Assembly: GCF_035285525.1 (NCBI RefSeq) | Contig: NZ_JAYKGW010000109.1 | Location: 1 to 32,000 of the forward strand | DNA length: 32,000 bases | Direction of reading: 5' to 3' | From: Okeania sp. | GTDB lineage: Bacteria > Cyanobacteriota > Cyanobacteriia > Cyanobacteriales > Microcoleaceae | Shown: positions 19,525-29,085 of the stretch, piece after piece | How positions within the stretch are numbered: the first letter of the stretch is position 1 | How the letters are laid out: every line of letters begins with the position of its first letter | Position numbers and translations under genes: made by a program | Notes under the pieces: generated by a model | Told to the model about the DNA's origin: nothing | Databases searched by the model: none | What the model saw: only the letters and a program-made list of their open reading frames with translations

Positions 19525-19857
19525 TTAGCTGTTTCTGGCTGCAGTTCGTAAGTCATTTAGTTCATCTACTAACTGAGGTAGTCGTGTCTTGCCTTCTTTA
19601 TCTAAAGCAGATTTAGTCTGGAGCCAATCGATAAGTAACTGTTTTTCTTCAGCTTCATCATCTTTGTCTACTGACATAAACCGAACAAAGTAAGGGATAT
19701 TAAATTCAAGATAGTGGGTGAGAATATCAAAAGGAGGAACAGTCCAATCAATTTGCCAAATCTGTTTTGTTAGACTAAAAAAAACTCTTGCTACAGGATT
19801 ATCTTTATATTTTACTATGGCAGCATTAAGATCTTGTAATAAACTTTCCTTATTCAT
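19525..19857 (-). CDS. Hypothetical 110-aa protein
   Basis: Repeat-free ORF with an acidic C-terminal half. No motif that I recognise. Confidence 0.55.
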   Translation of the reverse strand: MNKESLLQDLNAAIVKYKDNPVARVFFSLTKQIWQIDWTVPPFDILTHYLEFNIPYFVRFMSVDKDDEAEEKQLLIDWLQTKSALDKEGKTRLPQLVDELNDLRTAARNS

Positions 19858-19976
19858 TTAGACATCTCCAAAAATATTACATTTCTTCTTTGATCTTTAT
19901 ATAAACTATGTTAGATACATTTTTATATGTAAAATTATTACAATTATTTGTCTAATTGTTACAATCATCTGAGAAG

Positions 19977-20127
19977 GTCATTTCAGTTATCAGTAGAGAG
20001 TGCCGAATAAATTCGGAGGCTTGAAATACTGATTTATCGGGAACCGTGTTAAAATTTTTTCATCACCCGAACAAGGGGAGGCTTTATACCTCTTTTTTTG
20101 GTAAGGAAGAAGGAAAAAGGAAGAAGC
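19977..20127 (+). repeat. Second copy of the ~170-nt family F element, inverted relative to 10147-10313
   Basis: See 10147-10313. This copy carries the mini-insert at 20032-20047. Confidence 0.8.
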
Positions 20128-20461
20128 TTTAAGAGAAGAAAAAACCTTACAGAAGGTAGATATTCCTGCAGTTTTTACACGCTCCGATACCAAGGGATAT
20201 GATATAAATTAAGATTTGTAAATAAACAGAAAAAAATATTAATGATTAGCAGAATTTTTCCCAAAAAATAATAGAGTACAAAAATACCCAATACAGCGCT
20301 TTTCAAATGGATTAACCACGTCCCCATAACCGAAATCTTGTAGAGATAGAGACGTTTGGCTGCGCGACATGGAAAGCGGAGCATTCCGGAACGGAAAACG
20401 CATTTTTGTTATGCAACGTCCCTACTGTGGTTTACTGACATGAAAACCGCTATAACTAAAG

Positions 20462-23400
20462 CTAAGAGAAAATTAAATTTTTTGCCCTATCTATTAGCCA
20501 ATAAGTCATCATTTCTCCCTTACCTTTAACTGGTGTAAGACCTCGTGACTCTAATAAAAACTTATCTTTTAAAAGTTGATAAGTAGCTTCTGTAACTTGA
20601 ATTTTACCAGGGGTTCCACTTGACTCCATTCGAGACGCTACATTTACTGTATCACCCCACAAATCATAACTAAACTTTTTAATACCAATGACTCCTGCTA
20701 CTACTGGTCCAGTATTAATACCAATACGAATTTGGAAAGGTTCCTCCTGATCGTTAAAAAATTTTCTAATTGCCTTTTGCATATCTAATGCCATTTTAGC
20801 GATTACCTCTACATGATCTTCTCTAGCTGTGGGTAAACCACCAACAACCATGTAAGAATCTCCAATTGTTTTAATTTTTTCCAAATGATGTTGTTCAGTC
20901 AATTTATCAAATTCTGAGAAAATTTGGTTCAATATATCTACTAATTCATTAGGAGATATTCGAGCGGAAAAGCCTGTAAAATCGACAATATCAGCAAATA
21001 AGATTGTCACATTTTCAAATCGTTGAGCGATTGGATGTTGATTTTGTTTTAATTTAGTGGCAATCTGAACAGGTAAAACATTTAATAATAAACTGTCCGA
21101 TTTTTCTTGTTCTAACCGCAATGCTATTTCTATAGACTTACGTTTTGTAATGTCTTGAATAGTTCCTTCATAGTAAAGTGTTTCTCCCTTAGAATTACGA
21201 ACTACACGAGCATTTTCCGAAATCCACATGACACCACCATCACCACGATAAATCTCTGATTCAAAATTTGATACAGAATCATTTTTTTCTAGTTGGGCAA
21301 TAAATTCAGAGCGACGTCTGGGGTTAACATATAATTGTTGAGCAATATTATTTAGCTTATCCTTTAATTCTGCTTCTGAGGAAAACCCATACATTTTAAT
21401 TAAAGCTGGATTGACACTGATAAATCTGCCATCAGGAGTAGTTTGAAATATCCCTTCTGCTGCATTTTCAAAGATGGTACGGTATTTTTCCTCTGCTTTT
21501 TGTAAAGCATTTAGTACCTGTTTGCGTTCTGTAATATTACGCGCCACCCAAATTACACAATTATCTGGTAATGGTGAAACGTTAGCAGTAAACCAGATTT
21601 CTTCAAGTTGAGGAATAGAACAGTTGGGAGCGGGAAGCGATCCGTTAGATTCGTGATTAGGAATTTTGGATGAGATATCCCATATAGAATGATTTTTTTG
21701 ACTTTTAGGGTCTCTAGATGCTAGCAAACTATATTCTATATTAACAGTTTTTTGGGTATTCAGCACTTGTTGAATATTGATCATAAACAGGTTAGCTTGC
21801 TGAGGAGGCAAAACTTCATAAACACTTTTACCAATTAATTCGCTACTAGGACTATATATTACTTCAGAATTAGTAGATAAGATATTGACATATCTACCTT
21901 TGGCATCAAAGACAGTAATGACATCAGTCATGGCCTCAAACAAAACCCTTAGCTCTGCTTCTGATTGTCGGAGTGCAGTCTCTACACGTTGACGTTCCGA
22001 AATTTCCATCATTAGCAAATGATTTGATTCTTTTAAAGCTCTAGTACGTTCCTCAACCTTACTTTCTAATTGTTGATTAACTATTTGTAAAGCTTCCTGT
22101 GCTTCTTTGCGTTCTGTAATATCTTCAACAGTTCCTTCATAACGAATTAATTGATGATCTCGATCATAGACAGCTCTAGCATTTTCCGAAATCCACATTC
22201 GAGTGCCATCTTGACGATAGATTTGTGATTCATAATTAACTACCGCACCTTCTTCCTGTAATTTTTGCATAAATTGTTGCCGATACTCAGGAGGGCCGTA
22301 AAGTTTATGTTGTAAGGAGACGAAATTAGCAATCACTTCTTCCGGAGAACTATAACCATAAATTCTAGCTAATGCTGGATTAGCACTGATCAAGTAGCCA
22401 TCTGAAGTAGCTTGAAAAATTCCTTCAATAGCATTTTCAAAGATAGTACGATATTTTTCTTCAGCTTCTCGTAAGGCTGCTTCCATACGCTTGCGATCGC
22501 TAATGTCAATGCCGATCGCAAAAGCTGCTGCTCCTCCCGCATATTTTTGGGCAACAATTAAATAATTTCGGGGAATACCATTAACATAAGCAGATATTTC
22601 TCGATAATCATCTTCAGCAGAGCTAGCAAAAAATTCTGCCATAAATTCAGTAAATTCTTCACTAGCTTTAAGAAAACCAATATTTTTGCCAATAAAAGCT
22701 TCTGTGGGTAAATTGTAAGTTTCTGCTAAATGTTTATTAACTCCTAAGTAATGTAAATCTGAGCTAATCCAAGACACAATTCCTGGTATTGTATCTAAGA
22801 TAGTTTGGAACTTTTCTTGAGTTGCTCCCAGTTTTAACTCTATTTGTCTGTGTTCAGTGATATCAACCTCTACTACAAATGCTGCTTGATTTTGATTATA
22901 TTTGTGAGCAACTATTAAATAATTTCGGGATGAATTTTGGTATTGTCCAGTAATTTCAAAGGTGATTTCTTGTTCCGAACTAGCAAAAAAATCTGCCATC
23001 CCAGAGATAAATTGAGAATCTTTATTTATAAAACCAATATTTTGACCAACAAATTCTGAGCGTTTTAGGTTGAAGCGATCAGCTAATTTCTGATTAACTT
23101 CAATATAGGTTAAGTCAGAATTAACCCAGGAAACCATTCCTGGAACAGCTTCCAATACTGTTTCCAGTTTCTCTTTACTAACTAAGACACTTTTTTCTGC
23201 TTGTTTGCGTTCGGTAATATCTATTCCGACAATAAAAGCAGCTTGGTTTTCATTGTACTTTTCGGCAACAATCAAATAATTTCGAGGTTCACCATGAATT
23301 ATTGATATAATTTCACGAGTTGTTTCTGAAGAGGAACTCTCAAAAAAACTTCTGACAAAATCATTAAACTCAGAACTTGTTCCTAAAAAGCCAATATCTT

Positions 23401-24118
23401 GCCCCATAAATTCTGCTCTGTTGATACCAAAAATATCAGCTAACCGTTGATTAACTTCTATATAGTGTAAATCTGAACTAATCCAAGATACTGTACCTGG
23501 TACTGCTTCTAATACTGTTTCTAATTGTTCTTTAGCTGTTCTTAGCTTTTCTTCTGCTTGTTTACGTTCCGTAATATCTATACCTACAATAAAGGCAGCT
23601 TGACTTTTATTGTACTTTTCTGCCACTACCAAATAATTTCTGACTTCCCCATTAACTATTGATGTGATTTCACGATTTGTTTCTAAACACGAACTCTCAA
23701 AAAATTCTTGGACAAAATTATAAAACTCAGAACTTGCCCCCAAAAAACCAATATCTTTCCCCGGAAATTTTGTTCTGGGGATACCAAAAATATCAGCTAA
23801 CTCCTGATTAACTTCTATATAGTGTAAATCTGAACTAATCCAAGATACTGTACCTGGTACTGCTGCCAAAACTGTTTGTAATTGTTCTTTAGCTATTTCT
23901 AAACTTTTTACTGTTTGTTGGTGTTGTACAATTTCTTCTATTAACTGATCGTTTGATTCTTTTAGTGCTGCAGTTCTTTCTTCAATTATTTTATTTAATT
24001 TTAATTCTTGTTCAGTTAAGCTGCCAGGTGAATTAGCTTTCTCAAGTTTACTAACAGTTTGACGAAGTTCTCTTAATTCTTGAATTAGCTCCTCTTTAGT
24101 TTTATCTTGATCATTCAT
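20462..24118 (-). CDS. Multi-sensor class III adenylate cyclase (coiled coil, 4 tandem PAS-like modules, 4 further PAS/PAC domains, CHD catalytic domain)
   Basis: Catalytic domain: VTILFADIVDFTGF...KTIGDSYMVVGG...RIGINTGPVVAGVIGIKKFSYDLWGDTVNVASRME. Metal-binding Asp residues, the transition-state Asn/Arg and the Lys/Asp specificity pair indicate ATP as substrate. The ORF opens at GTG 24145, but ATG 24118 (MNDQDKTKEEL) is preferred. Confidence 0.9.
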   Translation of the reverse strand: MNDQDKTKEELIQELRELRQTVSKLEKANSPGSLTEQELKLNKIIEERTAALKESNDQLIEEIVQHQQTVKSLEIAKEQLQTVLAAVPGTVSWISSDLHYIEVNQELADIFGIPRTKFPGKDIGFLGASSEFYNFVQEFFESSCLETNREITSIVNGEVRNYLVVAEKYNKSQAAFIVGIDITERKQAEEKLRTAKEQLETVLEAVPGTVSWISSDLHYIEVNQRLADIFGINRAEFMGQDIGFLGTSSEFNDFVRSFFESSSSETTREIISIIHGEPRNYLIVAEKYNENQAAFIVGIDITERKQAEKSVLVSKEKLETVLEAVPGMVSWVNSDLTYIEVNQKLADRFNLKRSEFVGQNIGFINKDSQFISGMADFFASSEQEITFEITGQYQNSSRNYLIVAHKYNQNQAAFVVEVDITEHRQIELKLGATQEKFQTILDTIPGIVSWISSDLHYLGVNKHLAETYNLPTEAFIGKNIGFLKASEEFTEFMAEFFASSAEDDYREISAYVNGIPRNYLIVAQKYAGGAAAFAIGIDISDRKRMEAALREAEEKYRTIFENAIEGIFQATSDGYLISANPALARIYGYSSPEEVIANFVSLQHKLYGPPEYRQQFMQKLQEEGAVVNYESQIYRQDGTRMWISENARAVYDRDHQLIRYEGTVEDITERKEAQEALQIVNQQLESKVEERTRALKESNHLLMMEISERQRVETALRQSEAELRVLFEAMTDVITVFDAKGRYVNILSTNSEVIYSPSSELIGKSVYEVLPPQQANLFMINIQQVLNTQKTVNIEYSLLASRDPKSQKNHSIWDISSKIPNHESNGSLPAPNCSIPQLEEIWFTANVSPLPDNCVIWVARNITERKQVLNALQKAEEKYRTIFENAAEGIFQTTPDGRFISVNPALIKMYGFSSEAELKDKLNNIAQQLYVNPRRRSEFIAQLEKNDSVSNFESEIYRGDGGVMWISENARVVRNSKGETLYYEGTIQDITKRKSIEIALRLEQEKSDSLLLNVLPVQIATKLKQNQHPIAQRFENVTILFADIVDFTGFSARISPNELVDILNQIFSEFDKLTEQHHLEKIKTIGDSYMVVGGLPTAREDHVEVIAKMALDMQKAIRKFFNDQEEPFQIRIGINTGPVVAGVIGIKKFSYDLWGDTVNVASRMESSGTPGKIQVTEATYQLLKDKFLLESRGLTPVKGKGEMMTYWLIDRAKNLIFS
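22468..23893 (-). repeat. Intragenic tandem repeat: four ~357-nt (119-aa) sensor modules
   Basis: Modules start at AKEQLQTVLAAVPG, AKEQLETVLEAVPG, SKEKLETVLEAVPG and TQEKFQTILDTIPG. 23448-23507 and 23805-23864 are identical over 60 nt. Confidence 0.9.
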
Positions 24119-24273
24119 AATTTCAAAATATTGTGTATGCACCACAATTTATTTAAGTTTAATATATACAAAGTTTGGCTATATATACTTGAGAATAGGA
24201 AGTAAGAAGTACAGATTTCTTGCTGATGATAGCTATACCAAAAGCTTGATCAAATTGGCTGTATATTTATTTA

Positions 24274-24424
24274 ATATTATGTCCAGTTGAATAATTACAC
24301 TTTATAGGAAGGCACTTATACTGAGGGAATCTCCCCTACCCCCCTTTCAAAGGGGGGACAGGTAAAAGGGAATATTGGTTCAAAATAAAAAGGTTTTTTA
24401 TAACTAATTATCCGGACATGATAT
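24274..24424. mobile_element. MITE-like element with TIRs ATATTATGTCC / GGACATGATAT (same family as 18492-18628)
   Basis: TIRs at 24274-24284 and 24414-24424. Internal hairpin CCCCCCTTTCAAAGGGGGG. Confidence 0.7.
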
Positions 24425-24776
24425 AACAAGTTTAATATTTAAAAAAGGTATAAAATACTTAATTATTGAACTTTCTAGTAGATGCTGAGTAAGTTCTGAT
24501 TCTGTATAACTCCTGTAAACCTTAAATATCTCTATTTTTTTTTACTATTGAGGAGATTAATACAATATAAGCATATCTTAAGTTATATTAACATAATTAT
24601 CTTTAATAATCTAATAAATGTCAGAAACTAACCCTGAAAAATAATAATAAAGTCCTGTTCGATTATAACTAATTAACTAATTAGCTAAAGTTTATGTTTT
24701 TATATTCTAAATCGCAGTTGTATTGGTGATATCCGGAAAATATAGCTGAAATCGGAAATTAGAAGCTTAAGCAAAG

Positions 24777-24878
24777 CAGGACTTACGCATAAACACAGTT
24801 TATCTCAGAAGTTTTGTGGTTTAAGCAAAAATGATCAGGGTAATAAACCCACTTTTGGTTCTAGATGCGTAAGTCCTG
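24777..24878. mobile_element. 102-bp MITE-like element with perfect 14-bp TIRs CAGGACTTACGCAT / ATGCGTAAGTCCTG (family B)
   Basis: TIRs at 24777-24790 and 24865-24878. Confidence 0.8.
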
Positions 24879-25043
24879 ATCGAGAAAGAAAAACTATGTG
24901 GGGCTTTTCTTTGGAGAGTCCCTACTACATTCTACCCAAATGGAAAGTTTTGTAAACCGAGGGTAGACAGTTATTTAACTTTTCAAAGAAACCTAGCCCT
25001 TTGTCTCTAATTATACACTTTGTTTGACTTAAAGTCAAGTCAT

Positions 25044-25436
25044 CTATACTACGGCAATGCAGTCAATTTCTACCAGCACGTCTTTAGGTAAACGGGCAAC
25101 TTCGACACAAGCACGAGCGGGTGCATTTTCAGAGTCGAAGTGTTTGCTGTAGATATTGTTGACGGTAGCGAAGTCGTCCATGTTTTTCAGAAAGACTGTG
25201 GTTTTGACGACATTTGACCAAGTAGCTCCTGCTTCAGTGAGGATAGCTTCCAGGTTTGCCATAACTTGTTCTGTTTGTTTACTTACGTTGTCGGTATAGA
25301 CTACTTGATTGATTCTGGTGTCGATCGCTATTTGACCAGAAACAAAGATCATTTGGCCAGTGGCAGCGATCGCTTGATTATATGGGCCAACTGGATCTGG
25401 TGCTTTGTCGGTTTTGATTATTTTGCGAGTTGTCAT
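25044..25436 (-). CDS. ridA: RidA/YjgF-family reactive enamine/imine deaminase
   Basis: MTTRKIIKTDKAPDPVGPYNQAIAATGQMIFVSGQI...ARACVEVARLPKDVLVEIDCIAVV. Start taken at Met55 of the tracked ORF (ATG 25436). The upstream 54 codons belong to the pentapeptide pseudogene. Confidence 0.85.
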   Translation of the reverse strand: MTTRKIIKTDKAPDPVGPYNQAIAATGQMIFVSGQIAIDTRINQVVYTDNVSKQTEQVMANLEAILTEAGATWSNVVKTTVFLKNMDDFATVNNIYSKHFDSENAPARACVEVARLPKDVLVEIDCIAVV

Positions 25437-26163
25437 GTTTAGATTTGTTGTTGATTTTGTTGGTTGATGATTGGTGGGTATTTCTGTTTGAATAAACTTT
25501 TCCCCATCGGGCATTATAGTACCAGTAAAATCTGCATTTTTTATATTCCATCCATAAGTTTTAGCACCAAATAAATTTGCTTTACTAAAGATTAGCACTT
25601 TCTAAATCTGCTCTTATTAAATTAGCACCTTGTAAATTTGCTCTTTCTAAATTAGCTTCTTTGAGACAAGCTTTACTTAAGTCAGCATTACTGAGGTCTG
25701 ACTTTCTGAGATTTGCATTATCTAATTTAGCCAGAATAAAATTAGTACCTTGAAAATCTCTTTTACTCAAATCTGCTTTTTAAGTTCTGCTCTTCTACTA
25801 AAATTTGATTTTGTACATTTTGCACAGACTAGCTTGGCATTTTTTAAAGATGAATAGCTTAAGTTTGTTTATTGAACATCAGCATAGCTTAAATTTATCT
25901 GATTTAAGTCTGTATTTGAAAAATTTAATCGGGAAATAATTGCCTTAGATAAATTTACTTGACTCAAATATACTCCTAAAAAGTTGCACTATTTAAGTTA
26001 GCTTCTGTCAAAAAAAATTTACTTAAATCTGCCTTTAATAAATCTGCATTAGAAAAGTCTATACCAGTTAAATCTTTTTCCTCAAGGTCTATACCCATTA
26101 GTTTTTTTCACGGAAATCTCTGACTCCACCTTCATACTTTTCTATAAGTTCTCTAGCATCCAT
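25437..26163 (-). pseudogene. Degraded pentapeptide-repeat protein gene
   Basis: Starts MDARELIEKYEGGVRDFR at ATG 26163. The frame breaks in the A7 run (26102-26108). Pentapeptide text (ADLSKANL-type) then continues in shifting frames with several stops, down to TIMPDGEKF. Confidence 0.75.
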
Positions 26164-26421
26164 AATTTACCTATTGATTAAATTTTTCTGATCTTACCAC
26201 TATTGGTATGCACGAAATTATCAATATATAGCCATAATAAATGACTCTAAAAAAATAGTAAGGGTTGGGAGATAAAATACCTACTATCAAATATTATAAT
26301 CTCTTGAAAATTGCTATAGCAATCTTATTTTATTTTTATACAAAATCAAAAAAAAATTAGAAAAAACTTAACTTGTAATACATGATATGTAATGGCTTGA
26401 GGGTTTTTAGATACTTTTTAT

Positions 26422-26453
26422 TTGCCACAACCTATTTAGGATTGCTATATAAT
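26422..26453 (+). promoter_or_regulatory. Possible sigma70-type promoter (TTGCCA-N18-TATATA/TATAAT) for the 26486 gene
   Basis: Hexamers at 26422-26427 and 26446-26453, about 35 nt upstream of the ATG. The segment is itself part of a repeat also seen at 7011-7036. Confidence 0.25.
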
Positions 26454-26485
26454 ATAATTATCGAAGCAAATCAAAATGAACCAGT

Positions 26486-27007
26486 ATGAAACTGAAAATA
26501 ATCACCACTATTACCCTTTTATTAATTGCCTCTTTAGCAACCCCTATTCTAGCAAAAAATGTTGAAGAACTACAACAGTTTTTAGAGGACCCATTAAAAG
26601 TTTGTCAAGGATGCGACTTTAGTGGAGTTGACCTTAGTAATATCATACGACGCACTGCCAGACTAAGACAAACTAACTTAAAAAATGCCGACTTAAGTAA
26701 TAGTAATTTTAGTGGTTCTTACTTTACTTGTGCTGACCTAACTAATGCTAATCTACAAAATATTAACCTCCAATGGTCTAATTTAGTTGATGCTAATCTT
26801 AGTGGAGCTGACCTTAGAGGTGCTGACTTGAGAAAGACGGATTTAAGTGGTGCTATTTTCGATGGCGCTTTAACAGAAGGAGTAAAATTAGAAGGAGCAA
26901 AAATGCCTGATGGAGCAACTCTTTATGATGGTCGTGGTTTAGAATCATTTCAACCAAGACCAATTCTTTCTCAAAGAAGATTTCAATGTTTAGGAGACCA
27001 AAAATAG
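26486..27007 (+). CDS. Secreted pentapeptide-repeat protein
   Basis: Signal peptide MKLKIITTITLLLIASLATPILA, then A(D/N)LSN-type pentapeptide repeats (NADLSNSNFSGSYFTCADLTNANLQNINLQWSNLVDANLSGADLRGADLRKTDLSGA). Confidence 0.85.
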   Translation: MKLKIITTITLLLIASLATPILAKNVEELQQFLEDPLKVCQGCDFSGVDLSNIIRRTARLRQTNLKNADLSNSNFSGSYFTCADLTNANLQNINLQWSNLVDANLSGADLRGADLRKTDLSGAIFDGALTEGVKLEGAKMPDGATLYDGRGLESFQPRPILSQRRFQCLGDQK

Positions 27008-27381
27008 ACAGTAATATAATTTCCAGTTGAATAGTTAAAATTAAATTTTTTTACTAATAGATAATTGACATATAGCAGTCAGTTATGGTTTGTGAAAAGA
27101 GGATATAAATTGTATTATAATTATATTAAATTTTGTGCGTGCAGAATTCCTTACATTTCATTCCTGATTGCTATATTTTCAGAGTTTATTTCTAGTTTTT
27201 GAATTGTTATATCATATCATGGTAAGCATTTCCTGCGGAATGCTGCGCCAACACCTATTAACAATAAAAAGCTCAACCTTAAGGACTAAATTTCAAGGAA
27301 TATAGACTTAAAAACAGGATTTTGTATTCAAATAAAATTTCTGATTTATCGGGAACCGTATCATAAAGCTTTTATTAGAAT

Positions 27382-27470
27382 AGGACTTACGCAAAGCTAC
27401 TATATGTGGAGTTTAAAAACTATAACGTTATAGTTTTTGACGCTATATATGTGGTCTTGGCGTAAGTCCT
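27382..27470. mobile_element. Family B element with arms AGGACTTACGCAAAG / CTTGGCGTAAGTCCT around a perfect 24-nt palindrome
   Basis: Palindrome AAAAACTATAACGTTATAGTTTTT at 27415-27438. Confidence 0.75.
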
Positions 27471-27616
27471 GTAGAAATTAAAAGTAATAGCTCAATTAAT
27501 TGCGCAGTTGCTCCGTAGGAGGCTAGCTTATAGCTTACGGCTAAATGCTTACATATCATGTCCCAATAATTAGCGCTCAAAAAACCTTTTAACCAATATT
27601 CCCTTTTGCATCTCTT

Positions 27617-27811
27617 GGTGAGCATTCCCGTGTCTTACGCTGACGCTTGATCTGACCGCTTGTGTCTGTCCCCGACGTGGCATCTAACCGGTTGCGTCTG
27701 TTGCCAACGTAAAACTTGACCGCTTGCGTATATCGCCGATATGGGGTAACACCGCTTCTGACTTTCGCCCTCTGCTTTCCTTACCTCCGCTGATAGCTGA
27801 ATGCTTACACC
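27617..27811. repeat. GC-rich block with 32-nt periodicity (5-6 degenerate units) bounded by imperfect inverted repeats GGTGAGCATTC / GAATGCTTACACC
   Basis: Units at 27652-27683, 27684-27715, 27716-27747, 27748-27779 and 27780-27811. They share YTRACCGSTTGYGT and a small N3-5/CC/N3-5 hairpin. Confidence 0.65.
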
Positions 27812-27837
27812 TTAATTATCAATTATCCATTAGTAAT

Positions 27838-28837
27838 ATGTCTATCTATAATTCCAAATCTACCAATAATTTTGCAGTTAATTAAAATCATATTGCAGCA
27901 GCAGCTAATCGTTTATATTCTGTAGCTCAACGGACACCTGCAATAACTTCAAAACTGTAAATAAACTGACTAACTGTGAGGTATTTTTTAAGTGTGAAAA
28001 TTTTCAACGTACAGGTTCATTTAAGTTTAGAGGAGCTGACAATGCTTTATCTAAACTATCATAAATTCAAAATAAATCAGGTGTATTAACTTATTCTTCT
28101 GGAAATCATGCTCAGGCGATCGCTCTCATAGGTAAATTATTAAATATTCCGACAACTATTGTGATGCCACACAATGCTCCAGACGTTAAAAAAAATCTGC
28201 TACCCGTGGTTATGGAGCTGAGATAATTTTCTATGATATAAATGAAGCCAATAGAAAAGATTTAGCTGAAAAAATTGCTCAAGAAAAAGGTTCTACAATT
28301 ATTCCACCTTATGACCATATTGATATTATTGCCGGACAAGGTACGACTGCTTTAGAGTTAATTGAAGAAGTAGAAAGTTTGGATTTACTATTAGTATGTT
28401 GTGGTGGTGGAGGTTTACTTTCTGGCTGCGCGATCGCTACTAAAAATTTATTAAAAAACTGCAAAGTTGTGGGAGTTGAGCAAAAAAATGCTGATGATGC
28501 AACTCGGTCTTTTTATTCTCAAACTCTGCAAATTATACATAATCCTAACACTATTGCTGATGGTGCGAGAACGCCTTTTTTAGGTAACTTAAATTTTCCT
28601 TTAATCTTGAATTATGTTGATGATATGGTGACAGTTTCTGAGTCAGAAATTTTAAGAACAATGTATTTTATTTGGGAGAGAATGAAGTTAGTAATAGAAC
28701 CTACTGGAGCTTTAGCAGCAGCAGCTTTGTTAGAAGGAAATATTAAAGTTTCAGATATTAGAGTGGGAGTAATTATTAGTGGGGGAAATGTAGATTTGAA
28801 GCAAGTAGGAGAGTTGTTTAAATCTGTTCAGGAATAA
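27838..28837 (+). pseudogene. Degraded PLP-dependent threonine/serine dehydratase (serine-racemase-like) gene
   Basis: Recognisable CEVFFKCENFQRTGSFKFRGA.NALSKLS, GVLTYSSGNHAQAIAL, ATRGYGAEIIFYD, IIPPYDH.DIIAGQGT and CGGGGLLSG...VGVIISGGNVD. In-frame stops at 27958-27960 and 28062-28064. A frameshift lies before CEVFF and another in the A8 run 28188-28195. Confidence 0.8.
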
Positions 28838-28867
28838 AGTCTGGTGAACCCAGAAAATTGGTTTCTA

Positions 28868-28935
28868 TGATAAACCGGGTTTCTTCTTCTACAAGAAACC
28901 GGGTTTTTTCTTCTAGAAGAAACCGGGTTTCTTCT
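28868..28935. repeat. Three tandem copies of a hairpin unit (AGAAGAAACCGGGTTTCTTCT)
   Basis: AAACCGGGTTT at 28872, 28896 and 28920. Related single copies at about 16599 and 31694. Confidence 0.8.
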
Positions 28936-29003
28936 GTGTAAGTCCTACTGTTGTTTAACTGTAGATGTAGAAATCATAAACAGCAAGTTGTAATATTTCA
29001 CCG

Positions 29004-29038
29004 TAGGGGTTTGGTTTCCAAACCCTTACAATTTTTTT
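29004..29038 (+). terminator. Possible intrinsic terminator formed by a GTAGGGGTTTGG..CCAAACCCTTAC repeat hairpin plus a T7 run
   Basis: Stem at 29004-29029, followed by ATTTTTTT at 29031-29038. The same hairpin family occurs at 16461-16487 and 7341-7394 without a T run. Confidence 0.3.
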
Positions 29039-29085
29039 CATAAATCATGTAGGATTAGTATAATTTAATCTACAAATTTTAACAG

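Noticed and set aside
25437-25598. N-terminal 54 residues of the tracked 184-aa RidA ORF
   Set aside because: The sequence is pentapeptide-repeat text continuous with the upstream pseudogene. The RidA fold begins at Met55.
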